From contig OZ025800.1 in NCBI GenBank assembly GCA_964019425.1, positions 1-64,000 of the forward strand: a stretch of DNA of 64,000 nt, read 5' to 3'. The notes under the pieces are model-generated. The model ran no database searches and was not told the origin of the DNA. It saw only the letters and a program-made list of their open reading frames with translations. A program made the translations under genes and the position numbers. Of this stretch, positions 32,395 through 46,864 are shown piece after piece; the first letter of the stretch is position 1; the number at the start of each line of letters is the position of its first letter. The stretch is from Flectonema sp. DT1601. Taxonomy: Eukaryota.

Positions 32395-35380
32395 TCAAAA
32401 TTCAAACACTTCGCAGTGAAAGTCAAGCCCTCTCTTATAGGCAGCTATTTCAACAGAACGGACCATAGGTGGTGGTCCACAAGCAAATACAGCAGTTCGA
32501 CTACCAGCTAAGTCGAAAATGGATTCAAAATCAGGTCTTCCAACTTTGACAGGAAGGATGTAGTTTCCTTCTTCCTTGTCATTCAAGGGAACGCTGATTT
32601 CCTTTGAACATCCTGCAGCAGTGTTGTGAAGAGTGAGCATGACGTTCTCCAAATCTAACTTGTGAATAGCCGCCAGTTCCTCTCCGAATGTAGCAAATGC
32701 AGAATCGCCTCTTCCTGACCACACGAGTTGGACTTGCATTGATTCATCAGGATTTGTTGTTGTATTTTTGGAACAAACAAACTGCGCAAGCGACAGCGCT
32801 GGAGTGATACCAACACCACCAGTACAAAGAATAATATCTTTATATTTATTCACAGGAATCGATGGGTTTCCAAATGGACCTTGAACCATTATCTCCGCCC
32901 CACTTAAGTCTCCTTTTGAAACAGCTTCTGTCCAAGAGTCTTTTAAATTTGATTTTATATGAACAGAAAACTCTGTGTAGTCGCCATCAGTCTCTGCCCT
33001 CGAACTGATGGAAAAGGGATGCCACTCCAAACTGCTAATGGAAGGAATCTTTATCAAAACATATTGCAATGGTTCAAAATGGAAATCTTTCTTTCGGATA
33101 ATGAGTTTTGTAACACCTCCGTATCTCTTGTGACAGGAAACAATCCTACTGCTGATAGCACAAGTAGACATGATGTACCTCGATAGTAAGTCAGCAACGT
33201 ACAGTGCTACAGGAACACTACTATAAACCATCACACTCGGGTAATGAATCCATGAGAAAACGTACACAACGAGGTACAAGCAGTGCGTCAATACGAATAC
33301 GTTCCAATAGTTTCTTCTGAAGTACGGGAGAGCAAATAACGTCATGATGGACATCGCACAAAATGCGATAAATCCTGCAGCAGGGGGTCCATGAGGGTAT
33401 CCTATTTCCCAACGAAACAAACGCTCAAAAGCTAGTTTTGCAGCTCTGTTAGCTGAATCTCTATTATCGTACGATTCTGTTCGGTAGTTTGGACTTCCCA
33501 GACGGTAGTACCTCATGTGATCCGCGAAAATAGCTATGAAGTGAGCAAGAGTACACATCCATATCCAACCTCCGATTCTACGGTGAAAAGCGAGCGCCCT
33601 TTCAAAAGGGATGCCAAACACCCACAACAACAGCGAGTGTCTCGAAACTGGAAACAACTGCAAGATAAGCAACGCTGCCACTACCCCACCGATTCCCCTG
33701 CTCACTTTACCGACTAAGTTATTGATAGTCGCGTGATTCCAAACATAAAAGAAGCAAAGTAAACACCACCCAATAATCCAAATATTAATAACTAACTGAC
33801 CCCAATAAAGTCTAAACTGAATGGGAAAGAACGGCTGCAGAAATTCTGCCACTGGCGAGATGGGCCCGTTTAGTGGTCGCTGGTAATTGTTTTTGAGAAG
33901 GAATCCAACAATCATAATAATAAATAACAACAATACCCATCCGAGGATAAAACCGGCAATGACGTCTCCATTATTCCCACGCCACTCAAAGTATATCATC
34001 CCACCTCGATTGTGTTTGTCTCCTCTAATTAGTCGAGTCCATACGTAATACGGCTGCTTATATTTTAAGCAACCATCCTCAATACATCCTTGCCCGTCAA
34101 TTACTCCTCTCTTTGGTTCCCATCGTGCTGGCTCTCCCGCATCGTCACCGTCGGCTAGCGTCGTGACATCTCTCGTTGCTGTGATAGCTGTCGGGGTCTT
34201 CAGAACCTTTAGAGCTTTTGGTCCAATTGTTGTAGCAACCCAGGTACTGATTGCTGTTATTGAAGCCGAGTTGGCATCTGCATCTGACACACCAGTGAAA
34301 GTAATCTCAACTCTCATCACTGACATTGCCAGCGTCCTGAATCGAATTCCGTTCCCATCTGCATCGCCTGTCTCGTCAACAGCTCCGGTCGGTATTCCCT
34401 TCTTGAGATCAATCGCAGTCTTCGTCTGGCACGACGTCACATTGCCATTTGGTTCCACATTGCAGACAGCGCTGCTGGCTACGGTTGTGTAAGTAATAGT
34501 TTCAGCCTCGCTTGCAGCTGTAGTTCCATCTCCACCGTCAGCTGCAGTTTTGTGATTTCCAGTTTTGTTACCATCTTCTAGCGGTAAATTTAACCTGTTT
34601 GGTGTTTTTCTTCAAGTTATCATCTAATTTAAAGAACAAAAGAAGAATTCAATACCTGACTCTCAACTCATTTTCAACAGCAACGAGAGTGGGAACCAAG
34701 TCTGCGGAATCCCAAAAGGTGGAGAAGTCGGTCGGTGTTTCGACCTCAAGAAATATGGTTCTCGTTGGAGCGCCTTCTTTGGGGGAAGAAATGACTCGCG
34801 GACGAGCAGACTCGAGGATAGTGTAGCTGCCAAATGTTGTAATCGCACGTCTAGCGTCTACTGCTGCTGTGGAGCTTTCTGCCGCTGCACGAGATGCGGC
34901 GGCACTTGTTGCAATGAAACCAATTCGAACAATCAGATCTCCATCAGCGAGAGTTGAAAGATCACGACCGTCAGTGTCACCACTTGGAGAGGAACCGATT
35001 ATATTTAATAGCTCTGAGCGATTAATACAAACCGGTGGGCTAGCAGCAGAACTGCAAAGTTCCGATACTTCAACAGTTGTAGACACACCACCATCACCAT
35101 CTTCGAGAATAGCAACATCTTTTTGACGAACAGATGTTCCAAACTCTCTTTCAATATCTCCATTCACAGCAATCAATAATGTCTTGTCTTCTACCACTGT
35201 AGAATAAGGAACACTCAGTGTCATCTCAACAGTTGATCGAAAACTATTCGTAGTGATGCCGTCTCCATCATTAGAACTGTGCTCTACAAGAGCTACTCCT
35301 CCAATAAAGAAACCAATCCAAATTACCAACAGACAGACACCAGTCAGTAATTTTAACATGTTCGGTGTATTTGTTGCCAC
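32395..35380 (-). CDS. Ferric reductase / NADPH-oxidase-like flavocytochrome with long N-terminal extension, intron 34595-34655
   Basis: Heme His pairs (FHRRIG..LAH, THCL..IH), EWHPFSISS, QGPFG, GGVGITP, FACGP, HCEVFEF. The GT-AG intron joins ORFs 34649-35380 and 32395-34458 in frame. Confidence 0.85.
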
Positions 35381-35586
35381 CTGTTACAATAAACGACAAT
35401 ATCATATAACCCGTCTCATAGACACAATAAAATAAAGCGCAGCTTCTGATAAGAAGGACTTTAATACTAAAAGAAGTGTAATTGAAATATCTGCCTCACA
35501 GCTGGTGAAGTACAACTCCACGTTGAATTGCTAATGTGAAAGTAACAAAAATAATCACTAAACAGCATCTGACCACACCTGACTAC

Positions 35587-36594
35587 TCACTCACTTTCAG
35601 GTATTCGTTCTGGTGAGTTGAGCTCTCCCTGTTCTGAATTGATATTTTGACATGTCCAAGGATTTTGTTTAAGCAAAGTAGCCATCTTTGGACAGGACTC
35701 CCCAATGAAAGATTCAATCATCTCCCACCCAACACCATGTCGAGTACAAGACATCAAACAAAACTCAACTAATTTCTCCATGTCGAAAACAAACTCTTTG
35801 TACTCAGGAGGGTATAACATGTGGTCGAAGTCCCTCAAGTGACTTAGTGATGCGAGTTGCAAGTAACTTGTGAAGCGTCGATTAATTAAATAAATATCAA
35901 TTTGATGAAGAATTGGTCCGTAACGAGAGAGGGCAAACAAGATAAAGCTAACGAAACACTGAGGGGCGAACATAGGGTCATCGAGATGTAAGTAAAGTGC
36001 AGCCAAAAGAACTCTTTTAGTAATCATGTTGTCGGGCTCAAGCTCTAAAGGACTTAACAAACATGACCAGCTTTCTCGTATTCGTTTCTTATGAATTGTT
36101 TCACACGGAATAGAACTCAGTGCAGACTTTAGTGATGCGAAGTGTATGTTATTCCCTACAACTGAGTAAGTTTCAATCTTTTTAACTACACTGTATAAGG
36201 TGGCTCTCGGGAATAACGCGCAGCATTCCAAAAACTTACTGAGAGAAGACAACATCAGAACACCAAAAGACACGTCGCCGTTCTTTTTAAACCCCACCTG
36301 GGGGATACCCGATAACCGCCTTTCTGAATTTCCCGTTAGTTTTTTTTCGAAATCTTCGATCACCACAATTTCTCTCCCGTTTGGTTTCTGCCTCAGTCGA
36401 GGGGTGGCTGCCTTACTCCCCTTTGCTGCTGGAACTGCAGATAAATGCAAAACCTGACGCAGTTTCATAGCCTTTATTGTTGCTCGAGGATCATGCTTGA
36501 AGATGATATGCGGCCGCACATCATCCAGTAAGCTGCGCGTTCTAGGTTGCTTTCTTTCGGATTTGAGGAAACAGGTCCCCATTCCGACATACAT
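35587..36594 (-). CDS. Hypothetical protein
   Basis: 335-aa ORF. Confidence 0.55.
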   Translation of the reverse strand: MYVGMGTCFLKSERKQPRTRSLLDDVRPHIIFKHDPRATIKAMKLRQVLHLSAVPAAKGSKAATPRLRQKPNGREIVVIEDFEKKLTGNSERRLSGIPQVGFKKNGDVSFGVLMLSSLSKFLECCALFPRATLYSVVKKIETYSVVGNNIHFASLKSALSSIPCETIHKKRIRESWSCLLSPLELEPDNMITKRVLLAALYLHLDDPMFAPQCFVSFILFALSRYGPILHQIDIYLINRRFTSYLQLASLSHLRDFDHMLYPPEYKEFVFDMEKLVEFCLMSCTRHGVGWEMIESFIGESCPKMATLLKQNPWTCQNINSEQGELNSPERIPESE

Positions 36595-38198
36595 TAATCT
36601 GTTTAAGGGGACTGAAGTAATGTTATTAGTATAAATTATTTCATCTAATTTAGTTTTCCTTACGAGTTGCTATTAGGAATCAATTCATTTGACTTAACAA
36701 CTAACTGAAACAAGTAAATAAAAAACTCACACAGAACGACATCAACTGTCAGTAAATCAAATCAGAAACAAATCCAAAGTAGTAGAAAGTACCCTCTGCA
36801 AATAAACTCTATCACAGTATATATCAAGATAAATAAAGATAAGAGAAGAGATTATTAATTAGCATAACAAAATATCAAGTCATCGTAATACCATGAAATA
36901 GAGTTAGGTGAATTTTATTGTTGTCATAAATATGTTTGATTCAAATCCATTTGTCTCTAGCCTTGCAAGATAAGCTGAATAGCAAAGTTTGAACCGATTT
37001 CAGTTCTAACTGAGATTTGACGAAATGGAAATTAACAAACTGAACTGTGCGTTGAAAAAGAAACAATTTTAAAGTAACGAAAACGAACTCGCAAAATACG
37101 CATCTTTCAAAAATCGAATGAAAAAGTAGCAAATGAAAAGCTTGTCACTGAGAATGAATTTACTCATCCGACTTGGGTGGGTTGAGTTGGCTCAGAACGA
37201 TTACTTATCAGCTACCAACTCGTTGGCCAAGAGCCGATAAGTTGTGGCCGATATTAAAAAAACAAATAAAGCTTATTTTCGCGAAGGGTTGGTAAGAAGG
37301 ACGGAATCCTTATTCCGCATAAAACAGCGTCCTACGACTGTGAAAGAGGGAGACGAAAACCATTCGAAGGGGATAGTCGTATTACTCACCAACAGTTTAT
37401 TTGAAGGAAGTCGCTGTGTTGATGTAAGTGGATCGACGCAAGTTTGTTAGCCCAGAAGAAGAGACAATCACAATCATGTTTGCCAACCTTCTTTCCAAAT
37501 GGAACAAATACTTCTTTTTGTTATATTAGATTTCTGTGTTTACCTAATCACAGGGAGTTCAGTTCTGTTTATTCGGATTAAATTAATACGGTCGTCTCTC
37601 AACATTTTCAAAAACAGTTTTGAGAGATGCATAACAAGAGTTCTACTTGCTCAGCAAACCTATAAAAACAATAAAACGGGTGCAAGTTAATTACGCGGGC
37701 CAAGGAAAAAAAAGAAATAAAAAGCAAATAAGGAAAGACCAAATATTCTTTCACATCTGAAGACACTGCGAGGATTAACTAAACAGAACAGTTTGTAGTT
37801 GCTGACGTAAAAAGGTTTGCTGAAAGTGTGGGGTCCTGCACCCTGTAGCCCGTAATAGTAAATGATAAAATAAAATAACCTTGGGAGAGAACATTGAAGT
37901 GTCTTTAAAAAGTACCTAAAATACCTCATCACCTCTACCAAAGGGGCACCTTACAAGAAGGACTGTAGGGAAAATAATTTGGAACAAAAATATCTGAAAA
38001 GCACTCAAATAAATTAGTGCCAAAAAAAGTATCTGCAGTTACTGTACCTAATCAGGTGATCACTTTAGATTACTTCTACAAAGTGTTTCATACGCTGCAA
38101 TCGTTAACAATATTCGAGTGCATGAGATGTCCATCTCTGACCTTAAAAGGTTTTATTAATATTATGATTGTAAGTATGAAGTGATTCAGAATATTAAA

Positions 38199-40150
38199 TT
38201 ATATCTGAGGGGTGTCGTCATTGTCGTCATCTAAACTTCTCATCGAAGTCGTTTCCTCTCGTTGCTCAATTTCAATCTGAAGACTCGATAGCGATGCGCG
38301 CCTTGGAATTTCTTGACTAGTTTCGACTCCCGGAGTGGGACAAGCATCAACTGCTTCTTCAATAGTAGGAAGAGTATAAAACGATTCGATGCCCCAAAGA
38401 GATGTCAACATTGGATTCGCAACTCCGCTCTTTGGTGCATTCGAAGAGAGTAAACGATCTCGTATATGCGGATCGATAACTAAATTCTCGCGAGACATTA
38501 TCGAGTGCTCACACGCCATTCGAGCGATGTGTATAACTGGACCTGCAACACAAAAGGCCAGCTTGCCTTCGCTTCCGAAATTTCCGACTACGTTTGCCCC
38601 GCATGCTAAACCAATTCCTACCAGCGGTCGATCTCTCTGTTTGAATTTGTTGTACAGCGAAACTGCGCATCGATACGCGTCATGTGCTCGACTTCTCACA
38701 TTGGTCAAAGGATAGTCATCATCTTTTACAGCTCCGAATGTGATAGCAACTTCAAAGCCAGTGTCAAAAGCGTGCAGCACTCCGTTAAACGCTGCTGCCT
38801 CGACAAAGACTGTATCTAAGAATGCAGAAACAATACGCTGAGTGCTCATAATGTCGGGAACTCCTGTGTCATGACAACTAACGTGACGAACTACGAGAGC
38901 CTGCGATTGTTTTGTTTTGGTACTCACAGAGAAGTATAAAGTTATAATAAATAAATGAAAACAGAACACACCGTAATATCACAGTCTTCGAGTACTGGAG
39001 GTAATGTGGGTGGCGTCGTGTACTGAGCGGTTTGCTGAGCTGGAGGAATTAGAGGAGTTGGAAGCACACGCTTGGGATACGCAACAGTAGTGGTGCGCGT
39101 TTGAATAGATGCAGATCGGAAGTTCAACGGCAGGGGAGCAGCGCGATTGCTCTGAAACATCGCATCCGGAAGGTACGGGCGATACATTTTTAGATTCGAA
39201 ACCAAAATCTTGAAAGCTTCCAACAGCTCTGCGTTCATTTGTGGCATCGCATCTCCATCTGGTTCGAGTAAAGTCTCAGCTGAAGAGATGTCAAACTTTG
39301 CCAAAGCTGTTGCTATTCCCTGAGCGATCGTAATCGTCTCCTTCATTCTCGCATGTTGTTTGTTAACTTCTCGAAAAGTTAGCGCTGCTTTGATACTGGC
39401 AATGGACTCTAATAGACTACTCAAAGCAGAAACAATAATAACTGCCTGCTCTTCACTAGTTCGATCCCCCTGCATTAGAACATAAATATCGAGTGCCAAC
39501 ATCGGAATATCTAAAGTAAGTGCTTTGATCATATTTAATACGATTCTTGCTAAGCTGTCTTCTCCGAGTTCGGTATACAGGCTGCCGACGTACATCAACA
39601 AATTCGTAATGGAAAGCGCTATGTAGATTCTGCCAGTCGTATCAATCGAGCCGAGGATGACAGCGGTTGCGAAGTCAGTTACGATATCCCACGTGTGGAG
39701 GAAACGAAAGAACATATTTATCATAAACTTTCGAGTGAGTATATCCTTTCCCCTGACAGCTATTATAATCCCTGGTCCCAACACGTAGCAAGCTGCTCCT
39801 ATGAATCCCCACCAAACTCCAACAGAACCCATCGTAACTCCACATCCCGCAAACACGAAAGCAGCAGTCAAAGGAGCCAGAATATTACTAATAAACGACT
39901 GCTGTTGTTGATTACAATACACATTGTGAATTGAACACATGAACATCAATAAAACCAAAGCGTCAATTGACAGCACCCAAATCCAACACAAAAGCGGTTT
40001 CCGCAGACTCTCGTGCATTGTACACTTTGTTATCATTCCTCCAATGTGAGATTGATCGTCACAGAATGCGACTAACGACACAATTGCACCCCAACACAAG
40101 GTTCTCATGGCAGCTGTCCCCAGGTACCCCCTGACAGAGGAGTACCCCAT
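38199..40150 (-). CDS. Membrane-anchored adenylate/guanylate-cyclase-like protein, intron 38901-38971
   Basis: Multiple TM helices, NLKMYRPYLPDAMF linker, degenerate class III cyclase motifs (IGLACG..VVGNFGS...VAGPVI). The intron restores the frame. Confidence 0.72.
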
Positions 40151-43100
40151 CGTTGCTTTTGTGGAGCTGATGGGAAGATATACTTGTTAAACGCAAAAAA
40201 GAATGTACTCTGTGTGCTCATAACTATTTCAACTTCCATACGACCTTTGTTGCGGATCATCTCAGATTCCTGTCGAAGCGCACATTGAAGTGCAAATAAA
40301 AGATAATAAACTCTTTCAGATTACACACTTGAATTCAAATAAAGCATCGTGTAAAAGAGATCACCATGCGTGTACGCAGGCGAGTTAGTTGAGAGAATAA
40401 CTGGAAATGAGGTCTTGGGTGTGATAGTAGGACAAAAGAAAAGAATAAGGTCGAAGGGGTCAACAGAAAACTGTTGGTGGAGGTCTTGTGACCCCCACCA
40501 CATAAAAGAGGGATACAAGTCACCCGGGTAATCGAGATGTGTGTGAGACTCGCAGACTCCACCAAGTCTGATCCAACAGCCAAGTTTTCTGATAATTACT
40601 TTGCCTGATTGCTGACTAGTTTGTATTGTTAGTCAGCTATTATAAAGTTCTATTATCTGATTAGTGTAATGACCCGCTCTCAGGGAGGCCCTGTAAATAA
40701 CCATACGGTCGGGTGGTAGGCAATGTCAATATGAAAATGAAAGAAAAGGTGTCCGAAGCGAGCAAGCATCGTACTGTTTCGGGTTACGATGTTAGTAAGT
40801 TAATGTCGATGGTAAGAAGGGATATTTTAAGATGATTGAAAAAGAAAAATCAAAAGAACTGGTCCTAAACTGTCAGAGGCAGCTTAGTACACCGCAAGTG
40901 AATAGAAGACCTGCCCAACTGGTCAGACTGACGTCGGGAATCTGTAGGGAAGGAAAGGAAAGAAGACATTGAAGAGGTTTAAAAGAAAATTTCCTCAACA
41001 TGAGCAGACAGTGATAGACAATAAAATAATAGCCAATCAGTTTAAAGTAAGGCCAACGACTTCACTTCAACCTTATTTCTTGAGATAAAAAATAATGGAA
41101 TTAATAAGAGAGGCAAGCAGACTTAAAAAGTCAGCTCAGTGTAAATAATTCACAAATGGGGTTGGAGGGTGTAAAGTACTCTCAGTCGAGAAGAGACGTC
41201 AACTGACCAAAGTGAAAGACCAGTAACATTTCATACTACGAGACTCTACATTGTAATCACCAGATCTCCAGATGAAGAAAGGTGTTTGCTAGCAGGTGGT
41301 TGCAAATTGAAATCGAAAAAAAAAGGAAAATATCTAACCTACGAGCCAAAGTAGCAGTTGAAACACCGCATTGGAATAAAGACGTAGTAAGCAGTTAAAC
41401 AGTCTGTGATAACAAGAAAATAATTGTACGAGGACCAGCAGCTATTACATAAACAATTAGGTAGTTAGAATATTAGTTTAAATCAAATTCAATGTAAAAA
41501 AAAGATACATAAAAACACAATTACTCCGCTGTTCCATATAATACTGTGGTAGGTCTTAATCCTCCCTCTTAGGCCTTCATCAGCAAGTTCTGGGGACCAC
41601 TTTTCAGTTGGTATTAATGGTTATCAGTCATTTAAAAAAAACAACAAAATTTCAATCAAATGCAAAAATTCATAGGACAACAACCACTTTTCAGTTAGTT
41701 AGCAAAGTCCAGAACTGGGGTCTGCGGGACCCGCGCCCAATCGGGGATCCTGTTTTTATAGGCTAGATTCAGCTGACTAATTAGAACTTTTAACAAGTTC
41801 ACAAACGCGTTGATACGAACACCCAACAAGTAGAAAATTAACAACCGGTTTCAACAAGTACAATTATTGATTCCCAGAGATAGATGAATATATCCATTAC
41901 ATTACATATTGTGCATCACGATACGAGGCATCTATCTGTTAGGATTGTTATAACTTAGGCTGACGGGCCCTGAACACAGAATGCCATTATTAGGTTTCAG
42001 GAAACCTCCAAACAGGACTGTTCACTCCCCTAATTGTCTTGAGTATTAATATTATAAGATTACCAAAAGAAAAAATACCACAAAATTGGGCAACACAAAT
42101 AGAACCAAAAGGAAGCTACAGTCAGTTTCAGTCTTAACTGCACCATTTTAATAAAAAGGAAGGAAGAAGATAAAAGACAGTAAAAGGTTAATAAAGGTCC
42201 GCGAAAGGTAATTCGGAATGAAAAAGCGCAACAAAAGTATCGAAGCGAAAGTCAGTGCAAAGAGAAAAAGATGAGAGTTTGTTCTGCGAGAACTCGAAAT
42301 CAAATCCTAACGTTGGTTAAGAACCTGAGTAGCATCAAATAACAGAACACGCGTTTATCATGTTTCGCGCAGTCATACACCGTACGCATTCAATACCATC
42401 TCGCACAAACCTATTAGAGTTGAAAACAACAACGGCTAGGTGCTGTAGTCAACATTACTTATCGATCAGAAATGAAACCCTTTTTGACTTTTTCATTACG
42501 AATTACAACAAGCGGTGACTGGAGTCAGGGTGGTTATTGGTATTTTTCTTTTATAGTGCGAGTGACTTGTAAGTAATATTCTTTCTTATTTATGCCAAGA
42601 TCTTCTTTTGGTGCTGACATCTAGAGTTGTCAGAAAAAAAGAAAATCTTAATTTCGTTTCTTTCATTTGTTTGTTAGAAAAGAACTAATGAACGGGAATC
42701 GAACAGCACAACACTTTTGAAACAAAAAAAGCGAGACTGGGTACTAGATAGAAAAAAAAGGAAAAAAGTAGGAAAAAAAAATAACAATAACAATGAAAAA
42801 AAGGAGCAGAAAATAGTTGTCACAAATAATAGGTATTTCCAATCGTCTCTCAGCAGAAAACAAGTGACTGCACTCAGTCTCTGCAGATTCGTTGTTTGAA
42901 TCTATTCCTTAGTTGTCGCGTAGAATCGGTTTGAATGCCACTGATGCTATTGTGTTGTTTTCACTTAGGAGGGCACTCCAAAGACTTAAGAAGAAGAAGA
43001 AAAATAAAGCCGTGGTACAGAAACCGACTGGTATGATGTCACTGAATAATAAGTGAGAAATAATATTCAGCTAGAAAGGAATTAAAGAATGATAAAAAAA

Positions 43101-43935
43101 ATTAAAAAAAAAACCGAAACGGGTACATCTATTCCGGAATTCCCTATTGAAGAACCCGAGAGGGCTATAAAAAAGAATACAACACCCTCGCCAAAACTAA
43201 ATTGAGTGGGGGGGTAAACAAGAGAAATTGTTTCTGATTAAAAGAAACAGAAAAAGGAGCAGCAGATGTTATTTTGAAATGATTCGACTGTTTGTACTCA
43301 ATTTCATTTCCCGAAACACACTCACGTGTAGCAGAGTAATAAGATTACTGTAGTTGTACAAAGTGTTGTGTAAAACTATTAATGTGACTGACGTGTGTGT
43401 ACCACCGATAGTAACAAATCCAAAAGTGATATCAAAACAAAGTGAGAGATGTCAATCATCTCACAAAGTTGTGTCACCACGAGAGTGACAGATGACAATT
43501 CAAAGAGACATAAAGTCAAAACACCTGCAGTATTTACCTGACTGCTAATCAACACCAAACACTCGAATATAATAATTCGATGAAAACAATTAAAAAGAAC
43601 ATTTACTTGAGCGTTAAGTGGATAGTTTCATGAGGAAGTTCGCTCACCTTATTTTTTTCAAAATCCCTTAATCTTTGTATTCAAGAACCAGAAAAAAAAC
43701 TCCACAAATGCCAAGAATAAAGCGTCTGCTGTCAGTAAAAACAGAACAACACAAAAACCAAATGACAGTTATGCCCCAATTTTACATCAACACGGGGGTC
43801 TCCATGGGAGTGGATTTGAAAGAAGTTTATTTTGAAGTGAAATACGTCTTTGACATTCGAAAGAATAGATCAAATCAGTAAGAGAGTAAGGTGGTGTTCT
43901 AAGTGTTTACAAAGGTGGTGGGAAGGGGATTAATT

Positions 43936-44706
43936 TTAACTAACACTACAGCACGTATCCTTTGCCGCAGCAGATCGCATTTTCTTCCTGTAGCGATGAG
44001 CTTTTTCCATCTGTTTACGTTTGTTGTTGAATCGAATAATTTGATACTTCTCTTCATAGCTGAGGTAGAAATCTGTTGATTCTGTGATTTGGATCAACAC
44101 ATCATCAACATCACTTGAGTGTTTCTCTTCAAAGAATTGCATAAAAGGTTGACTCTTGCGACGACAGATCTCAGCGAAACAAAATAAGACGCCGCTGTTA
44201 CTTCTTCCTCTGATTTCTTCTTTCACTGGAGTAGTGCAGGCTGTCAATAACTTTTGAAAAGTATCAGGAGAAGGACTTTTATCTTCAAAGTAATGATCAA
44301 CACTAATCCTTCTCAAAACAGTTGAGTAAGTCTCTTGAATCTCACTTGCTTTCCGTGGATGATATCTCTTCGCAGATTCATTTACTTCTTCTGGCGATAC
44401 TCTCCTTCCTTCCTTTGCAATCACCTTCGCTGATTCCAAGTCTTCAGCTGCAATGTACTCAACTAATGCTCTTGCTTTACCGATAGTTGTGACTAAATCA
44501 CGTGGTGTTAGTTCCTTAATCAAACGATTGATTTCAGCAGACTCAGCAGCATTCTTACTTGTGGAATCAAGTGATCTGTCCAACAAACTGTCTGAATAGA
44601 CAGATGAAATCATCGGAAATGGAAACAACGATCTCCCTGACGTTGGACTGAGAGGAGACTGAATTGTCCCAAACAGAACTCCCGACATCTCTTCATCGGT
44701 TCCCAT
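43936..44706 (-). CDS. Hypothetical protein ending in CCSVS (CaaX-like)
   Basis: 256-aa ORF. Confidence 0.55.
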   Translation of the reverse strand: MGTDEEMSGVLFGTIQSPLSPTSGRSLFPFPMISSVYSDSLLDRSLDSTSKNAAESAEINRLIKELTPRDLVTTIGKARALVEYIAAEDLESAKVIAKEGRRVSPEEVNESAKRYHPRKASEIQETYSTVLRRISVDHYFEDKSPSPDTFQKLLTACTTPVKEEIRGRSNSGVLFCFAEICRRKSQPFMQFFEEKHSSDVDDVLIQITESTDFYLSYEEKYQIIRFNNKRKQMEKAHRYRKKMRSAAAKDTCCSVS

Positions 44707-46864
44707 ATCGTTATCCCTGAGGTGGAATTATTAAAAATAAATACAAAAACTTGCGGCACGAGACATTATTTTAGTAGAAAGATTTCTGCACCAACTCCTC
44801 CCTTTGCCTCCCCGTAGATGACCTCACATGGATACCTCCGATACGATTGGACACATTCGTCGAAATTCCCCCTTTGTTGTTTTCCGATGTGCTGAAGTCA
44901 AGAAAAGTGTCAGGAAATGTAAACTACTCGGAAAAGACAAACTCCTCCTTATCAAATAATAAACAGAACTTCAGAATAACGAGTAGGAAGGGGCGAGGGA
45001 AGGGGGCAGTTTTATAAAGAAGACGAACCGAAAAGAAGTACTCGAACTCCCGTTCGTTTCCACCAAAAAGAACGAAGGTGCTGGATAGTTTTTTTTTTTT
45101 TTTTTTTTTTTGGACCTCTAGAAACCTAGGGATCTGTTTATAAAATCTTGTTTTAGATTGTTTACGTTAAATAAAATTACCACAGCGATTCATTGCAAGC
45201 GAAACGTCCATCAGATCTCTTCCTTACATTGTGATCACGTGACTGTTAGATGCTTCTCATTGAGCAGCCTAAAGCACATGCCGCTGCGTAATCGAGAAAG
45301 ATTTTACTACAGCATTGCTGCAGTACGCGAAGGTACTACAGTAATGGGTCAGAATAGATAAAAAGACTATCGTGTTGGGGAAAAGATTCACACAGAGGGA
45401 TAAGTATAGACAAAGGGAAGGAATTCTAGAAAGCGGATACTGCTGCGGGAAGAAGTAGTCATTTCCAGTTACGGGGGTATAGAATAAAAATTTGAGATTT
45501 CAAAACCCAAAACGTGAGTCTGGAGTCGATTGCAACCCAACAAATGTAATCGAAAGGAAGGCGAAGGTACGTAGCTCGCCCAACGTGGCTCCCTATTCGA
45601 ATGAGCTGAATGTCGACTCGATAACACCGCAACTCTCGCAATTATTTATTTCCCTTCTCATCAACAGAAGTCTCAATTACAACGACAAGTGTCCTCAGTA
45701 CGATGTGACATAAAAAATATTTTATATCTCAGATCTAATCAATCTCATTACAATCAGTCGAGGACAGCTAAAGTACAGAAGACTTTATCCTTACACCAAC
45801 TACGGTAGTAACACAGCCTTGGAGTAACACAGCCTTGGAGTAGGGAAGGTGATACATGAGATTGTCAATTATTCAAACGATAATAAAAAGAGAATCAATC
45901 CTCCCAAAACATGAATAAGATGCTCTCAGTGATTGGAAGGTGGGAGGGCTATTACTAGCCATCGGAGATGGGAATCTTGAAAAAAAAAAAAATAATTTTT
46001 CCACTTATTATTATTAAAATTATATCAGAAAAATAAATCACATAAAATGTCAACTCAAGGTTTTTGATAGACGACAATATCTAAACTGAAAAGAGTGAAA
46101 ACAGAATTTCAAAATAATATTTCTTATCGTCGCACTACGACTACCATCGAGGAAAGGGGGAGAAAGGAAAGAATGGGTAAGTTAATAATTCCTAATAGTA
46201 CAGTCAAACTAATAATTAAAAAGAAGACAATAACTTCATAAACTCAATGGATAAATTCAATGGTTTAGAAATACAAAACTAATTAAAATAAACTCTAACA
46301 TCGTAGTTATCAATCACTACATTGAAACTAAACTGAGAAAACAATCCTAATTAAAAGATTTGATATAATAATGTTCTTAACCAGATCAGCCAATTATGTT
46401 CTAAAAACAGAAAGGCTCCACAAGATTGAACACTTTCATGTGAGAAAGGGGAATATGTAACACATATTTAGGGTTCGGGTTTTTTTAAAAGGGAAGGAAA
46501 AAATAAAATGAAGAATAAATTAATGGCCAGCAGTAGGGAAAATTAGAACCAAAAGTTTTTCACACAATAACTACAACTATAAAAAGAACATAAAATAAAA
46601 ATATACAAAATAATAAAAACAAAACCAGAATTTTCTAGCTGCATAAACGTTGTTATAATTTGGTTGACACAAAACCAAAAACACGCTCACCTCCCAACTA
46701 CTCACTGTGCCTGTGATGATAGCAAGAAGAAAGGGTAGACTAACCGTGTGTCGGAATCACCGCCACTCGGATATGGAGCTGCACTCTTGTGAGACACTAG
46801 AAAACTACTCTATCAGAATTACCAGGTGTTTACTTTGCACGTCGTGGTTTGTAATTTGGTCACA

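Noticed and set aside
40200..43900. Long ORF-free interval as a possible ncRNA locus
   Set aside because: AT-rich with no recognisable tRNA, rRNA or snRNA structure; probably UTR, intron or intergenic.
45806..45842. 16-bp tandem duplication (gtaacacagccttgga)x2
   Set aside because: Isolated local duplication with no further structure.
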